Shown here in pieces: positions 38,344 to 52,484 of a stretch of 64,000 bases of DNA. Location of the stretch: NCBI GenBank assembly GCA_000182565.2, contig KQ257450.1. One strand, 5' to 3'. Every line of letters starts with the position of its first letter. The first letter of the stretch is position 1. Source of the stretch: Spizellomyces punctatus DAOM BR117. Its lineage: Eukaryota. The position numbers and the translations under genes were made by a program. The notes beneath the pieces were generated by a model. The model did not search any database. It was not told where the DNA came from and was given only the letters and a program-made list of their open reading frames with translations.

Positions 38344-39373
38344 ATGGCATCGTCTCCTTACTTGGAAGCTGTCCCAACGTCCTTTTTGGATCAGCCCAAC
38401 CACAAACCGTCCTCCCATTCCATTACGATGCCACAACAAGAATATTCTGCATCTACTTCATCCATCCTTCCCCTTGCATATGGACCAGACTCGCCTGAAG
38501 GTCCAGCACAACCCAAAACCCGCCGCGTTCTATCCCTCCTGTTAGCGACGAATTTATGCACCTTAATATTCACAGTCGTTCCAGTGCTAGTTGAATTACC
38601 AAATATCAAAGGCAACTGGTATGTTGGAAACGATGTCATACGATTGCTGGAACCCATTGTGGCGATGCCCCTGTACTTTGCGGTGATATTGGAGAGCGGA
38701 ATATTTTCGCGAGGTTCCACTAAAGGTATGGATATCCAGCGAGCAGAATCTGCTTCCCACGCTCTGTAACTAAAACACCCCTGCCTTTTCAGAAAAATAT
38801 CTGGTAGGAACGCTCTTTATGATATCTGCTGCAATCTATCAACAAGGCGCCGGTTTCCACTCCGCTGCAAACATGTTCAAACATCCTTTCGTGGATTTCA
38901 TGGACGAGAACCCGGACCTCGTCTCCCAATACTCATTCTTCAACGATTTCCGTACATGGGTTCGAACGGATTGGGAACACGGCATATCTCACTATATGTA
39001 TGCCGCTGGAGGCATTCTGATGGCATTTGTCATCGCCTATCTATACAGAAACGTTCACGATCCCATGAGATCTTCCATCGACAAAGTATTATTCGCCGCT
39101 GCGACATTAGTGTATGGCTTGATCATTGGATCGGTAGCCATCGAATTCCCCAAGGGTTCCATTGTCGCGTTGATTTTGGTTGTCGTCTATGGCTTCGGGG
39201 TGATTGGTTCATTCCTTTTCCGAAGGGAAGGAAAACAAGCAAGGAGGTTGGGAAGACGATATGTCTTACAGTATTACCTTTTGGCGTACATGATAGCCTT
39301 TATTATCGTACTTGGCTGGATTGGTCATGTGCGAGGATTTGGGAATAGGGAGGATTCTGGAATAAAATTTTAG
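38344..39373 (+). CDS. Uncharacterised multi-pass membrane protein (possibly CLN6-like)
   Basis: Two exons (intron ~38726-38791), ~7 hydrophobic helices, intramembrane His motifs GAGFHSAAN and WEHGISHYMY. Confidence 0.75.
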
Positions 39374-39585
39374 ACTCAATGGGATATGCTGGGCTGAAAT
39401 CGCTCTCATGTTGGGTCGTCTGGCAATTGTCCCAATGGTAGTTAATCATGTATATAGTAGAGTTATTAAATGTTGATAATGCATAATCTGTTCAACCATC
39501 ACAAATGATCGTGCAATATGCGTGGCGCTCCACACTTGGACGAGAAAATTATGACAAGAAAATGCAAGGAATGGTCGACAGATGT

Positions 39586-41664
39586 TTATTCCAAAATGGC
39601 AACCAAATCTTTCAACTTTGCGATTTCGTTTTTCTCGATTTTTGTCTAGAATACCGAGGTCAGACGAACATTCTAGGTACTGTGCTCACGGCTCACAAGA
39701 AGCTCACCTTCCACCCAGCCAGCTCGTCTTCCGTCTCCTCAACTTCCATCATTCTTGGTTCAACTCCAACAACTTCCAGAGCGCTCCCACCATCCCGCGG
39801 ATATCCATGTCCTATTCTAATAACAAATATCCTCCCCGTAGCATCAATATGCACGATCAATTCCCGTGCTTCAGGGTCATAAGATGCTCCCTCATATTCT
39901 GCACACACATCCTCGACTTCTTTTTCTCTTTGGACAAGGTTACGAACCCGGAGTGGGATCTCACGAGTGAATAATGAAAGCATGTCGTCAAGGGAGGTGA
40001 AATATGTGTTGGCAGTATGGAGGAGATCAGCAATGGGGCAGGGGTAGGGTATATCTGCGAACTGATAGCAGAGGAAGGTTCATGTGTAAGAACCAGGATA
40101 ATATCTCGAACCGCAAGCTGCTGACATACCTTTGCATCCAAAACCCACCCACTCAATGACTTTGCATCCCGCTTGAAACTCAGCATCAACGTACATGTTG
40201 ATACCCCATCCAGGTCATACACTATTTCTACCTGGGAACTACTTGGATGTCGGATGTCCTTCAATCCTTGTAGCTGTTTCAATAAACGAATCTGCTCCTT
40301 GTACCTGTGTCAGACAACATATCAGCAATCTTCCAGAAACTTTTTGGCAAACGTAGAAACCGAACCATATCCCCAGCTCCTCCAGTTTCGGATCCTTCGA
40401 TTTGGATATTCTTAAGGCTTCAGCCGCGCATGCTTCCGCTTCGGCGCGTTTCGGTGTCAGGTTGGCAACCTCCTCTACCACGGCTTTGGTTTTGGATTGA
40501 CGGTATTCAAGAGTTGACCTCCAGTGATTAACTTGCTCCTCGAGTTCCGCGATTGCTGCTGCCTACAATTTTACATTACACATTTTCCATGAAAACTTCT
40601 GCTGATGTGCTAATAGTATACCTGCTCTTCAACGGCCCTCTCGTGTTCTTCTATTGTTATCTATCCAATATCGAGAAACTGTGAGGTAATTCATTATAAT
40701 TGATTCGTATCGTGTTACGCTTACAGTTCGTGGATTTTGTCTAGAGTTCAACTCCTGTAGTTCTGCATCCTGCATACGGACATATTTGAGCACCAATTAT
40801 GCATTACGAGTACTGCGACATACCATCTGCTTGTACTCGTCATATAGTTGTGTCGCCATTTGAGATTGTTCCAAGAGGGCAGCGTGACCTAATACCCAGC
40901 ACAGTAAGGGACGAAATCTCGGATGTGCATTCACATACACCAATTAGCTTATGTATTCGGGACCTACCATGATAAACAGATTCAATTAGCCTATCGACTT
41001 CCTCTCGCATGTTCCTTACTGCTGCTTTCTTGGCACGCAACAGATTTTTTTTTTCTGCGGATCGGGTCTCTGAGTGGATTTCGACGATATCGTTAGAATT
41101 ACACACTTACAAAGTATGAACAAGTGCTGCCTTACCCATCTCTTCAATCTCGTGATCGGTTGGGAATTTGGGGGGAATATCCAACACTCGCTTCAGAAAA
41201 CCTTCTTTTGCTTTCTGCTCCACATACGTGAATTTTAGCTTTTTGAATAGTTCCTACGAACACATGAATCTACGATTAAGCACATGACTAAATTACATTC
41301 CGGAAATCACTGGCTGTCAAGTGAAGAGCGAACCTCGTGAAACCTAAACTCGGCTTCCACGTTTTTGGGTTGGCTCCTCAAGAGCGCTGGAATATCCAAT
41401 CGTTCCGTTCGATCATTGTCCGGAAACGTTGTCCCCTTTCCTAAGGCAATCTCAGCGTCCGTATCGGGCTCTTCATATTTAGCTATCCAGTGTTGCCGGA
41501 GCTGTTGAAACCACAACGAGGTGGTTGGGACGTCGGTGCTAAATCTACGATAATGGTAAATTTCGTGGCCTTTGAAATATGTGTGAAATATGGGCTCGGC
41601 TAACACACTTGAGAAGAGATTCAAACGTTTCTTCTGGCGTTGATTGGGTGGTTGCTGAAAGCAT
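39586..41664 (-). CDS. Kinetochore protein Sos7/Kre28/Zwint-like
   Basis: EFRFHE|ELFKKLKFTYVEQKAKEGFLKRVLDIPP resembles the Sos7 core, followed by a long coiled coil and a beta-rich RWD-like C-terminus; multi-exon. Confidence 0.7.
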
Positions 41665-42281
41665 TGTGGATCCTTCGTAGAGTCGTAAGGCAGCTGGACG
41701 AGCAAACATGGCTTGCGATCGCGTCGCGCTCGAGGTCCGAATTCATCGGACAACAAGACGCCTTTCAAGCCTCATAAAACTTTAACTCTGAATCTACCAC
41801 CCATTAAAGTTGCTTTTAACACCCGGCTCCTTTGATCTGCGCAAGAACTAATGTCCGACGACGTATCCTAAGGAAAACAGTCACAATATTGTACAACTGC
41901 GATGGCCATTTTTGAATTGTCACCAGTATACAGTTGTGATATTATTTGATACTGATTAATTCACTTTTTGGATCTGGTCACTTTTTCCCAAACCCACTAT
42001 TTCCAGACCACCTTGGAAAACCGTAACCTTATGAAATCTGGGAGTTCAGAACGCTCGTCTTTTGTCAATGTTGTCATTTGATATCTTGCAACTTTGTCCA
42101 AACTTCAAGTATTGTAGGGGCACGTGACCTACTGTCGAGGTCAGCAGCAGTGACAGTGTTACCGTTCGTCTGCCATGATCGGCGCCGCTCTTGACATTTT
42201 ACCGTTTACTATAACCTATTCACCCCGTTGATATCCTTTCTTGTCCGGTGCTGACTTCAACAGTCTGGGCTGCCGGCGAGC

Positions 42282-45200
42282 ATGGAGGAGGATATTGATA
42301 TCGAAGGCGACGACGAGGAAGAGATTCTCGCTCAACAGGTTGGAGAACTTGGCGATCGGAACGGTTTGAGCGGACCCCATGAACCAGAGACTCAGAAGCA
42401 AATATCAGTGAGGTTGTTGTCACCAGAATTGATTTCCAGAATGTGATGGGAAGATGTACAACCGGGCTGACATGATTTGCATACGTGACGTACAAATTAG
42501 GTCTGGAGGCGGGCTGAAAACGGAAGATGTGACAACCTTGCTGGAGCAGTACCCTGAACCTGGTTGGCTATCAGAGCAAATGGTAAGCACCTTGCGGTGG
42601 CGATGACCTATATTGGCTGAATTCTGACCTTGTGGGTTGATCACAACAGGACTGGAAAAGATCCCTCGACGCGGACATGGATGAACAGTCCCGCGCACTC
42701 ATTGAGTCCATGATTGCGGAAGAAGAGTTCTATTTTGGACAAGGGACAGTATCTCTACCACCATCTGGTGACCGTCTGGTCAAATCCGACAGTAAATTCC
42801 AGCAGGATGACAAGAAGATCGCAAAGAAGCGGACGAGCGGGGGGCCGGACGATGGGTAAGCTCCAGAGTTTTGAAATTTTTACAGGGATTTCGTCAATGG
42901 AAAGCGCAGAAACTGATCACCTCACAGATTGCGTAAGAAAACAAAGCGAGACAAGCTCTCTGCTGGTGCGTCCGTTCCGTCACACAAAGTTAAATGGACA
43001 AAGGAAGAGGACGAAAGGCTTCGAGAAGGCATTGTACGTGTTTGCCACCAGTATTGGCTTGCGCGAGATCGGTACTAATATTGATCTTACCGTTTTCCCT
43101 CACAGCGACTATACGGATATGGATCCTGGAAGCGCGTAGCGTCATTTATGAAAACACGGACCGCGCTGCAAATCAAAAACCATGTCCGACACTTGACCGT
43201 CCACGGTGGGGTTCGCTTTGAAGGTTCAGGTGCGGAAAACTGCAAAGGAGATTTAGCCGTGGACATACCGGCAGTGGACAAGAAGGTTGATATGCAGGAA
43301 GAGGACGAAGACGTGGATATTGACATAACCGATGATGAAGATCCGATAGGCAAAGGTGAAAATGGAGGAACGACTTTGGCTGAGAACGTGGTACTTGTTC
43401 CGGGCGAGGAAAGCGCAGAGAATGTGGAAAATCTGGGCATAACAGAAGAAAGGGAAGCTGTAGAGAGTGGCGATGACGAGTCTTCGGGCACGGGCGAAAA
43501 TGTGACACTCGCTACGAGAGAGGATGTCGGGCTAGCGTCAGATATCTCAAGCTCTGAAGCTGCGAATAGAGGGCAGGAGAAGGAAAACAATCTGCCACCA
43601 GCATCCTGTCTTGAGGAGTCGTTCGAGGGCGAGCAGACCGTCACAGATATGGAATCACTCAGAGAGGTGGCTGAGGCTGGAACTCATGGCACCGAATCGC
43701 TGCAAATGACCGAAAATGATGGTCATCCGTGCGTGTCGGCTACCGACGTAAGCCTAGAATCGAGCTCCGTAGAAGCTCCTGGAAGAACATCCTCGGCAAG
43801 TGATTTGCATGAACTTGGGACTCGGCCAGTCAAAATGAATATTTCAACTTCTGAAAGCCGTTCAAACGGCGCAAATACCACCTCTGGGCACAGTGAGGAG
43901 CTGGATGAATCACCGCTCGTCAAATATTCTGAAAAAGCATCCGAAGTTTCCGAGGACTCAGGAGCTGTGACACCGCTCGATCTAAGCGCGGTTACTCGTT
44001 TACTTATACCCGACGACCTAGAGACTACGTCGTCAGCAGCCGAAGAGTCGACGTCATTCGAGATAGATAGCGACGCGATTCAACGATTTGAGGTATCTTC
44101 ACTGCCTGAGTGGTTTTTATCCACCCTAGCTGTATCACAAGGCAAAAAACCCCATCCCCGCACTCTTCACAAGACGCCAGAGCGATACAAGAAGATTAGA
44201 AATTACATCCTCGCGGCGTGGGATAAATGCAAACCCAAGTATCTGACCAAAACCAGCGTACGACCCGGTCTAAAAGGCGAAGGTGACGTTAACGCGATCG
44301 GCCGAATACATGAATTTTTAGAAAACATTGGTGCAATCAATGTGGGATGTGCAGAAAAGGGGGGCCGAAAGTATTACGGCGGCACAGGAGTAAAGAAACC
44401 AAAAGAGGATCTTGCCGATGATATGACCGAGCTGGAAGCTGGGAGTGTGTGGAGTTTTATGGAGGAAGGGAGACGACGTAGGCGGAGAGTACGTAATGAA
44501 CGGGGAGAATGGGTATATGAGGATACCTTGGGTGGGGATGACGATGAGGGAGGATCCGCGCAAACTGGCGAGGATTTGGCAATAGCCAAGGAAGAAGCAC
44601 GGCTGTTTGCGCTGAATTCAAAGTATTTCGCGGACGAAGAACTTGAGAAGTATGACAAGAGGCTTCTCAAACGGCGTCAAAGACAGCGTGGGTTCGCCCC
44701 CAGCATGGGAGCACCAGACTCGGATATCTTGGGCGACTATGACCCATTCCGTTTAATCCCTACCCGAAGTTACAGTACAGATGTTCCCGCCCCGTTCCGC
44801 GTGGTCGTTCAGTCCAATGCGATGATTGTCATGGACGTTCACTCCCACCTCGCACACACTGAGATCATTGGTCTTCTGGGCGGAACATACGATCCCATCG
44901 AAAGGATACTGAAAGTCGCTGATGTATTCCCATGTCGAAGTCTTAGCACGGGCGTCCAATGCGAAATGGATCCTGATTCCGAAATGCAAGCCCGTGAAGT
45001 GTTTTCTGCGAAAGGCTACGATGTGGTTGGGTGGTACCACTCCCATCCAACCTTTGATCCCATTCCCTCCATCCGCGACATTGAAAACCAAATTGCGTAC
45101 CAGACTCTCTTCCAACGACATGATGGTGTCGAACCTTTCATTGGTGCCATCGTCACACCATATGATCCGCGATATTCTGCAGATAGGCGCTCACGATTCG

Positions 45201-45636
45201 GATTGTTAAGCGTATCACAGGAATGGAATTCGATGCATGAGTATCGGCTTCCCTACTCTTGTAATGTCACAGTAGTGGCGTCTGAAACGTTAAGTGGGGA
45301 GCTGTTTGAGCAGCTAACGCGTTTGTTGAAGGAGTATAGAAATTATGAACAGTGAGTAGTCCGAACACATTCCATCGATCCTTGTTGAAGCACGGTGTAT
45401 TCACTCTTTCCTTTAGCCGTGTGGATCTGCTCAAACCCTACGCGCCCCGGTCCGATCCAAATTTTACCCGTGTCGAGAAACTCATGCACAGCGTCGCGAC
45501 ACATGCGAACCTTGTAGGATCTTTGGAAGGGCAAGCGTTTGTGACGCGGCTACGGGATGTGGTCTTGAAAGGCTTTTGCGGAGTCTCATCCACTCCCAGT
45601 GGGAACGGAGAGCAGTATAATAATGATACTGGATGA
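42282..45636 (+). CDS. MYSM1: Histone H2A deubiquitinase MYSM1-like (SANT/Myb + SWIRM + MPN/JAMM)
   Basis: MEEDIDIEGD, SRALIESMIAEEEFY, SANT KWTKEEDERL...RTALQIKNH, SWIRM KTPERYKKIRNYI...GDVNAIGRIHEFLE, JAMM VGWYHSHPTFDPIPSIRD. Confidence 0.9.
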
Positions 45637-46006
45637 CGGACACTGTACAGTGCGATTGAATTGGGCATTTTATTTGTAAATACTGTTTTGATACTGTTTT
45701 GATGGGTATAGTTATCTTTATTGTGTAAATGGAAGATTAGGATCATTCCAAATATCATGTTTCCGATACGAACGTCATGAGCTCATCGTTGAAGTGAAGT
45801 GAAAAATGTTTCCTTGGACGTGGTACGCATACTTTCCTTATGAACCTTGGTGCATACCACCACATTGCCCCGCTGGACCTTACGGACGTTTTGGTCCAGC
45901 CTTCTTCATGAGTGGCATTGCCTTCAAGCACACGCACGGTGTTACCATTTCCGCAATGTAAAATTTGTACAATAAGTTATAGAAAGAATAATATTAACAC
46001 CTCCCG

Positions 46007-46821
46007 CTATTTGACGTATTTGCTCATAAATTTGCGATGGAAATCACTTCGCAATACATCGTTGATAAACCTTTTCTTCGGATTCTCGTCCACCCCTTTC
46101 GCCTGATTTTTGAACACAACATCATCGTCCCAACGTCGCTTCACAGAGAAATCCTTGTTGGCCAAAGGCTGCAATAGTGGATTTCCAGTCAAAGCCTCCT
46201 CCTCCCGTTTGAGTTCTTCCTCTGCTAGGCGTTCCTGCTCAAGCCGCTCCTTCTCTTCTGCTCGTTCTCTGCGGATTTTCTCGAGCTCGCGGAGAAGTTC
46301 GGCTTCGTCGTCATCATCATTGTCATCAGAATCCGATTCGCTGGAAAGAAAAGGGAACGGATGAGCGCCAGGAAATGGATGCGACATGTGAACAAGTAGG
46401 CTTTACCTCTCTGCACCCTCGCTTGCGGAACCGTCAGCATCATCATCGTCATCATCAGAATCGTCTGCGTCTATATGTTCGACTCGCATTCGTTTCACAG
46501 TTTCCTCTTCAAATTCCACTATGTGGCAAGTCCAGCGTGAGGATTGTGCACATGAAATTTACAGATGGCCAGAAACTTACCATCCCTTCTCTTCTCCCCT
46601 CTCGTCTTCTCAAAATGCTCTCTCTCCTTCTGCTCCAATCGCTCCTTCAAAAGCTGCGCATCGATATCTTCAGGCGCATTCTGACCCGGTTGACGTAGCT
46701 TGAGCTTGGTCTGCGTGGCAAGGTCTCTGCTACTGACAAGGGAGGATGGTGCAGCGTTCGTATCACGCAGACTATGACCTCCTGCTGCTGGATTCCAGGT
46801 GGGACGCGCTGCAGTAGTCAT
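46007..46821 (-). CDS. CWC15: Pre-mRNA splicing factor Cwc15
   Basis: [58 protein letters not shown]. Confidence 0.95.
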
Positions 46822-47776
46822 GTTGCAAAAAGAAGTAGCGTAGTAAGTTTGTTGTAATGGAAAGGACTGATGACACTTGTTTGCAACAAGCGACATTGAC
46901 TGCGATGTGGTCGTTGTCATGTCAACAGGAAAGTGGCACAGTTCACGGTGACCTGAGCGCTTCACATCCAGCACGCCATGGAAAGGAGGGCTCACCAGGT
47001 CCTGCTAGTGAGGTAGATGATATCAGTAGTATAATGAATTTCATGTAGCTGGCCTTGTCTTTGGGATTGGCTCTCCACATTTCCTTTTCGTGTTGAGAGC
47101 GATGAAAAAGAGAAGCGGATTCTCAGCGGAAACATGAAAAAGAAGATTACAAAAGACACAGAGATGAATGCATCAAGCAGGTGGCATATTGGACTTTGTG
47201 AGGATTTAACGGAACATTCGTTCAAAATAGGGTTTTCTGTGGCATCCAACAAACCCCTCGACGATGGGTTTTCAAAGTCTGAAGAAAAATGTGGAGCCCG
47301 CTTTGAGCCAACGCTCTACACACAGAGCCTACCTGCCGGCTTACCTGTTATTATGGCATTCTATAGACGTGCATTCTCATAAGGCCCTCTGTAGATTGAC
47401 TGTATAGTTGAATGCCACTGTGCGTAGGCAACAGAACGTGTGCTAAATGCCCTGTCCTCCACTCTACTCCCATTTGTAGACTTGTATTTTACAATGGGGA
47501 TGGTATTTGTTTAGTGTACTGTAATTGGCTTTATAACCAGGGTCCAATGTGATTCAATCCCCGTTGGCTGGATGACGTGTCCTCCCACCCCTCCAACGTT
47601 TCCTCGCAGGAACTTCCGAACCTCCACAAGATCCGGTCGCGAAATCAGGTCTCCGCCTACCACAGTTTCCAATCTCTCTTCGAACTCTCGGTACCGTTGA
47701 TTGTATTCCCAGCCGTGGGCTGCTGATTGAATACGCATCCGCCCAAAACGCCTAATTACGTCCGAAAGCTGCAACC

Positions 47777-50700
47777 ATGGCCGGAAATCCTTCAAGCCCG
47801 TACTTGGTAGCGAACCTTTTGGAGAAAGTAGGGTGACTGCTGTATTTTAATATATGCACTGCCACTTGAGCAGCGCTTCACCATTTGTTAACATGGTGTA
47901 TTGCTAACACACAATTTATCGGTAGATGTCTCACCACGACTCCGATTATCGATATATGGCGACAGTTGATTTGATGGCTGCACTCCAAACGGAAGGCTTT
48001 GCTCTCGAGGATGTTAATGAGAAAAAGGTTGTAAGCGCTCTCATCAAACTTTTGGATGATCAAAATGGTGAAGTTCAAAATCTCGCGGTAAAATGGTGAG
48101 CCTGGAAGCAAAGCATAACTTGTTCCTGTGGTTCGGTTGGCTAATAGCGGCCAAATAGTTTTGCTCCGCTGACAAAAAAAATACATGAAAGCCAGCTGCA
48201 AGAAGTGGTCGACCAGCTTTGTCGACTTTTGATGGACAAGCGCCCAGAGCTTCGTGATATTGCGTGCATTAGTCTCAAGACCGTCATAGTAGAGATACCG
48301 TCCGGCTCGGTGGTTGCAAGTAAAGTCGTGAGCAGTCTGATTCCAAAGTTGCTGAATCAATTTACAACGGTATGAAAAAGAACAATTGTCACGTAGAGTC
48401 TGCTTCCTTGGCGACTCATTGGCGCTCTTGGGTTTATCACAGAACGCCAAGGATCTACAATTGGATGTTATTGACATTCTCTCCGAAGTTCTAAGCCGCT
48501 TTGGACAGTCGCTGACTCAAGGCGCGAATGGCTCCCAGCTACAAAAATCGATTCAAGATACGCTATATCCTCTCCTTCATCATTCCCGACCTGCTGTTCG
48601 CAAAAGGGCCACAGGGGCCATCGGCAATTCTGTCACACATATACCTGATGATCTTTTCCACACATTGGTGAAGAAGCTTCTTGCAGACTTGCGTAATGAA
48701 GGGAGGTCTGCAAATCACGAAAAGCTACGTACTTTCATAGGATGCCTAGCCACTCTCAGCCGATACAGCTCTCATCGCTTGGGACAGTATCTTAACGATA
48801 CTCTACCTCTTGTGCTCGAATACACGGAATTCAATGATGACGAACTACGGGAAAATTGCTTACATGTAAGATCCTATATGAATGTGCGCTGGTCAACAGC
48901 TCTAATTTGAATACCGCTTTGTGTTGATCAGGCTCTGGACTCGTTTGTATTGCGGTGCCCTACTGAAATGACCCCTCACATTCCTACCGTCATTGATGTG
49001 TCATTGAGATATATCAAACATGATCCTAATTTTCAATATGAAGACGAGGACGAGGATGGTTCAGAGGCGATGGATGTCGACGATGAAGGAGAGGGCAATG
49101 GGCCTGAGGAAGATGAAGAAGAAGATGACGATGAGTGCGTGCTTGCCTTATGAGACTTAAGAACCTTAAGCTAACGTATCCTTACCGTGTAGATATGATG
49201 ATGCTGATTATTCTGATGAGGACGATGTGTCGTGGAAAGTGCGCAAGGCTTCCTCGAAGCTTCTGGCGTCCATCATAGGCACACGCTCAGAGCTGCTAGT
49301 CGATTTGCTGCAGAACGTGGCGCCGGTCTTGATTGCCAGATTTAAGGAACGCGAAGAAAGTGTCCGAGTAGATATTTTAAACACTTTTATAACACTCGTG
49401 AGACAGACTGGCGTTGCAGCAGGGATCGGAAAAGCCTCTGAAACTTCTACAGCCAGAAAGCGGGACACTAAGCGCCGGAAGGGGGCAAGTGGAGCGGTCG
49501 AGATGGAGGTCACAGGGTACGTGCTATATATGCAGACAACTCATTCACTGACTGCTAACCATAAGAATACTTAGTCCTCGTGAACTACTCGAAGAGCATG
49601 TTCCGCGTTTGAGCAAAGCGCTTTCCAAGCAGCTTAATGGAAAGTCGATCCAAACGCGGCAGACAGGATTCACACTTTTGCGTGAACTTGTTCGGGTGCT
49701 TGATGGTGGGCTCGATGTCCATATGGGTCTGTTCATACCGGCAATCGAGTCGTCTTTAACCAGTGCTACTCCCGGGCATCCTTCCAAGAGTTCTACCAAT
49801 TCTAATTTGAAGATTGAATTATTGGAATTCTTACGGATATTGTTCATGACTCACGAGCCTCACGTATTCCATAAGTACCTAGCCCGCTTGGTCCCGCCAA
49901 TTGTCACGGCTGCTAAGGACAAATTCTACAAAATAACTTCTGAAGCTCTCTCAGTTTTTGTTGAGCTGACCAAAGTATTGCGACCAATTTCGTTCGACGA
50001 GGAAAGCAATCGACACCAAATTGGACCCCTCTTGTCCCCCGAGTTGGACAAGTACCTCCAGCTAATGTACACCACTACATTGGATCGATTGAAAGCGGCC
50101 GATATTGATCTGGAAGTCAAGGAACGATCTATAGTAGCCTTGGGTATCATGCTGTCGCAGGCCGGTGATCTGCTACCAAGCGATCAAATTAGGACCGTCG
50201 TACTTCCACTATTGGTCGATCGCTTGAAGAATGAACTTACACGCCTAACCACGGTGCGCGTTTTGACGAGCATTGCAGAGAGCCCCCTATTTGAGGATGC
50301 AGCCACGTCGCGGAAAATTGACTTGACTCCGATTCTGCCTGAGGTAGTTCCTGAGGTTGCGTCCTACCTCCGCAAATCTCATCGACAACTTCGTGTGGCA
50401 TCGCTTCAATGCCTCGAAACATTCGTTCGCCAATACGGCAAGCAGCTTGGCGCCAACATTTACCCAACCATTTTATCGGAAGTGCGCCCCCTTCTATCGG
50501 ACTCCGACCTTCACATTCTTCCTTTGGCCATGTCGGTGGTTTGTGTGGTAGTGTACAATGGGCCAGGCGCAGATGTGTTACCAATAGTGAAGAAGGACAT
50601 TCTACCGCAAATCGTGAAAATGATGATTGAATCGCCCCATCTGGTGGGTGCCGGTCCTGGGCTAGAATCTTTGCTTCAAGTTTGGCAATGCGTTGTACGT

Positions 50701-52484
50701 ACAGGCGGGAGCGAATTGTTCTCCCGTAGTGTTGATATGCTACTGCAACCAGTTGTCGGTCAGCCTGGACACCCTGTGGCAGGCAAACAAGTACGTTGTC
50801 ATAAGATCGGGTGTCGAACGTGGGCCGAGCTAACATTGTTCTTATAATAGGCATTCTCAGTAATTGCGCAATCCATTGCGATCTTGTGCCTCAATTGGGA
50901 GAAGGATGCTCCGCCGACAATAGAGAAATTTATTAATGAAGTGGAGAATGACTCATCGAAGGAAAGTATGCGTTATGTTAGTTTGTTGAGCCTGGGCGAA
51001 ATAGGACGGAAAAAGTACGTATCGTCGACACACTTTATGATATGCAGGCACCACTTGACTCAATATGGATCTCAACTTTCAGGGACCTGTCCGGCTTGCA
51101 CCCCGAGCTGGACCAAACGCTCCTGAAGCTATTTGCATCACCTTCTGAAGAGATAAAGCAGGCTGCTGCCTTTGCATTGGGCAATATCGCGCTAGGTAAT
51201 CTGCAACGATATATGCCGATTGTGCTTACAACGGTCCGGGAAGGAGGCAAAAAGCGCTACCTGGTTTTGGTGGCTCTTAAGGAGATTATTACACGCTTTT
51301 CACATCACGAGGCGTCCGCAGCGTCTACATCTACTTTACAAGCGTTTGCGCCGGAGCTTTGGCAGGTGCTTTTCCAACACACCGAAGAAACAGAGGAAGA
51401 GGCAACCCGAAATATCATTGCCGAGTGCCTCGGCAAATTGTCTTTGTCACAGCCTGGCACATTCCTGCCCGACTTGCAGTCACGGTTGGCTGCCTCTAAT
51501 GCTCACGCGAGAGCTACCGTTGTAACTGCCATCCGTTTTACATTCACCGAACATGTTGAACATGAAGACTTCGACACACTTCTACGGCCTTTGATTGTAG
51601 ATTTCCTGCGGCTTGTGAAAGATGATGATTTGGTTGGTAATGAGCGTTTTCAGGTGACTTCGTCGGTGTGGTTACATTGACACTCTATGGTTAGAATGTT
51701 CGGCGCGTGTCTTTGACCACGTTGAATTCGGCCGCCCATAATAAGCCCCATCTTATTCGCGAATCCCTCGGCGAGTTGTTGCCCCTACTTTACGATGAGA
51801 CCGTTGTCAAGGTACACTGTGGATGGGAGCGGTTCATAATCTACAGTGTTGAAAAACACTAAACAATCTCATATTTTCCAGAGCGAACTCATTCATGTGG
51901 TGGAGATGGGTCCGTTCAAGCATCAAGTAGATGATGGCTTGGACACCCGTAAGGTGGGTGCTGTAGCCACACGTGGATTCATAGTGTGACACAGAATTAA
52001 TTTTCGAATGTAGGCGGCGTACGAGTGCATGTATACCCTACTGGAAACCTGTCTTTCCCGGATAGATGTGTTCGGCTTCTTGCAACGTGTGATGAACGGT
52101 CTTTCGGATCCATCCCATGACATTAAGGTCTTGACTCATCTGATGCTACAACGACTTGCGTCTCTGTCCCCTACTGCCGTTGCACAAAAGCTGGATGAAA
52201 TGGTAGAACCCTTGAAGTTGACGCTATTTTCTAAACCGAAGCAGAATGCCGTGAAACAAGAAACGGAAAAGACAAATGAACTGGTGCGAAGCGCGGCCAG
52301 AACGGTGTTGATTTTGGCACGTCTGAGCGATGCCGGTGTCAGCCCAAGGTTTACCGATTTTGTAAAAGAAGTGCAAGGGCCACAAAGTCCCGTTGCTGAT
52401 GTTATGGCGGCCGAGTCACAATATGGTACACAAACGAATGGTGTAGGGTATGGTTTTGGGGTAGTGCCAATGGATTTGTCGTGA
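47777..52484 (+). CDS. CAND1: Cullin-associated NEDD8-dissociated protein 1 (HEAT repeats)
   Basis: [86 protein letters not shown]; 11 introns. Confidence 0.96.

Noticed and set aside
42231-42240. ATATCCTTTC upstream of MYSM1
   Set aside because: No upstream coding exon or matching branch and AC that would make a sensible intron.
46990-47770. Short ORFs in the CWC15/CAND1 divergent region
   Set aside because: No recognisable protein or RNA signature.
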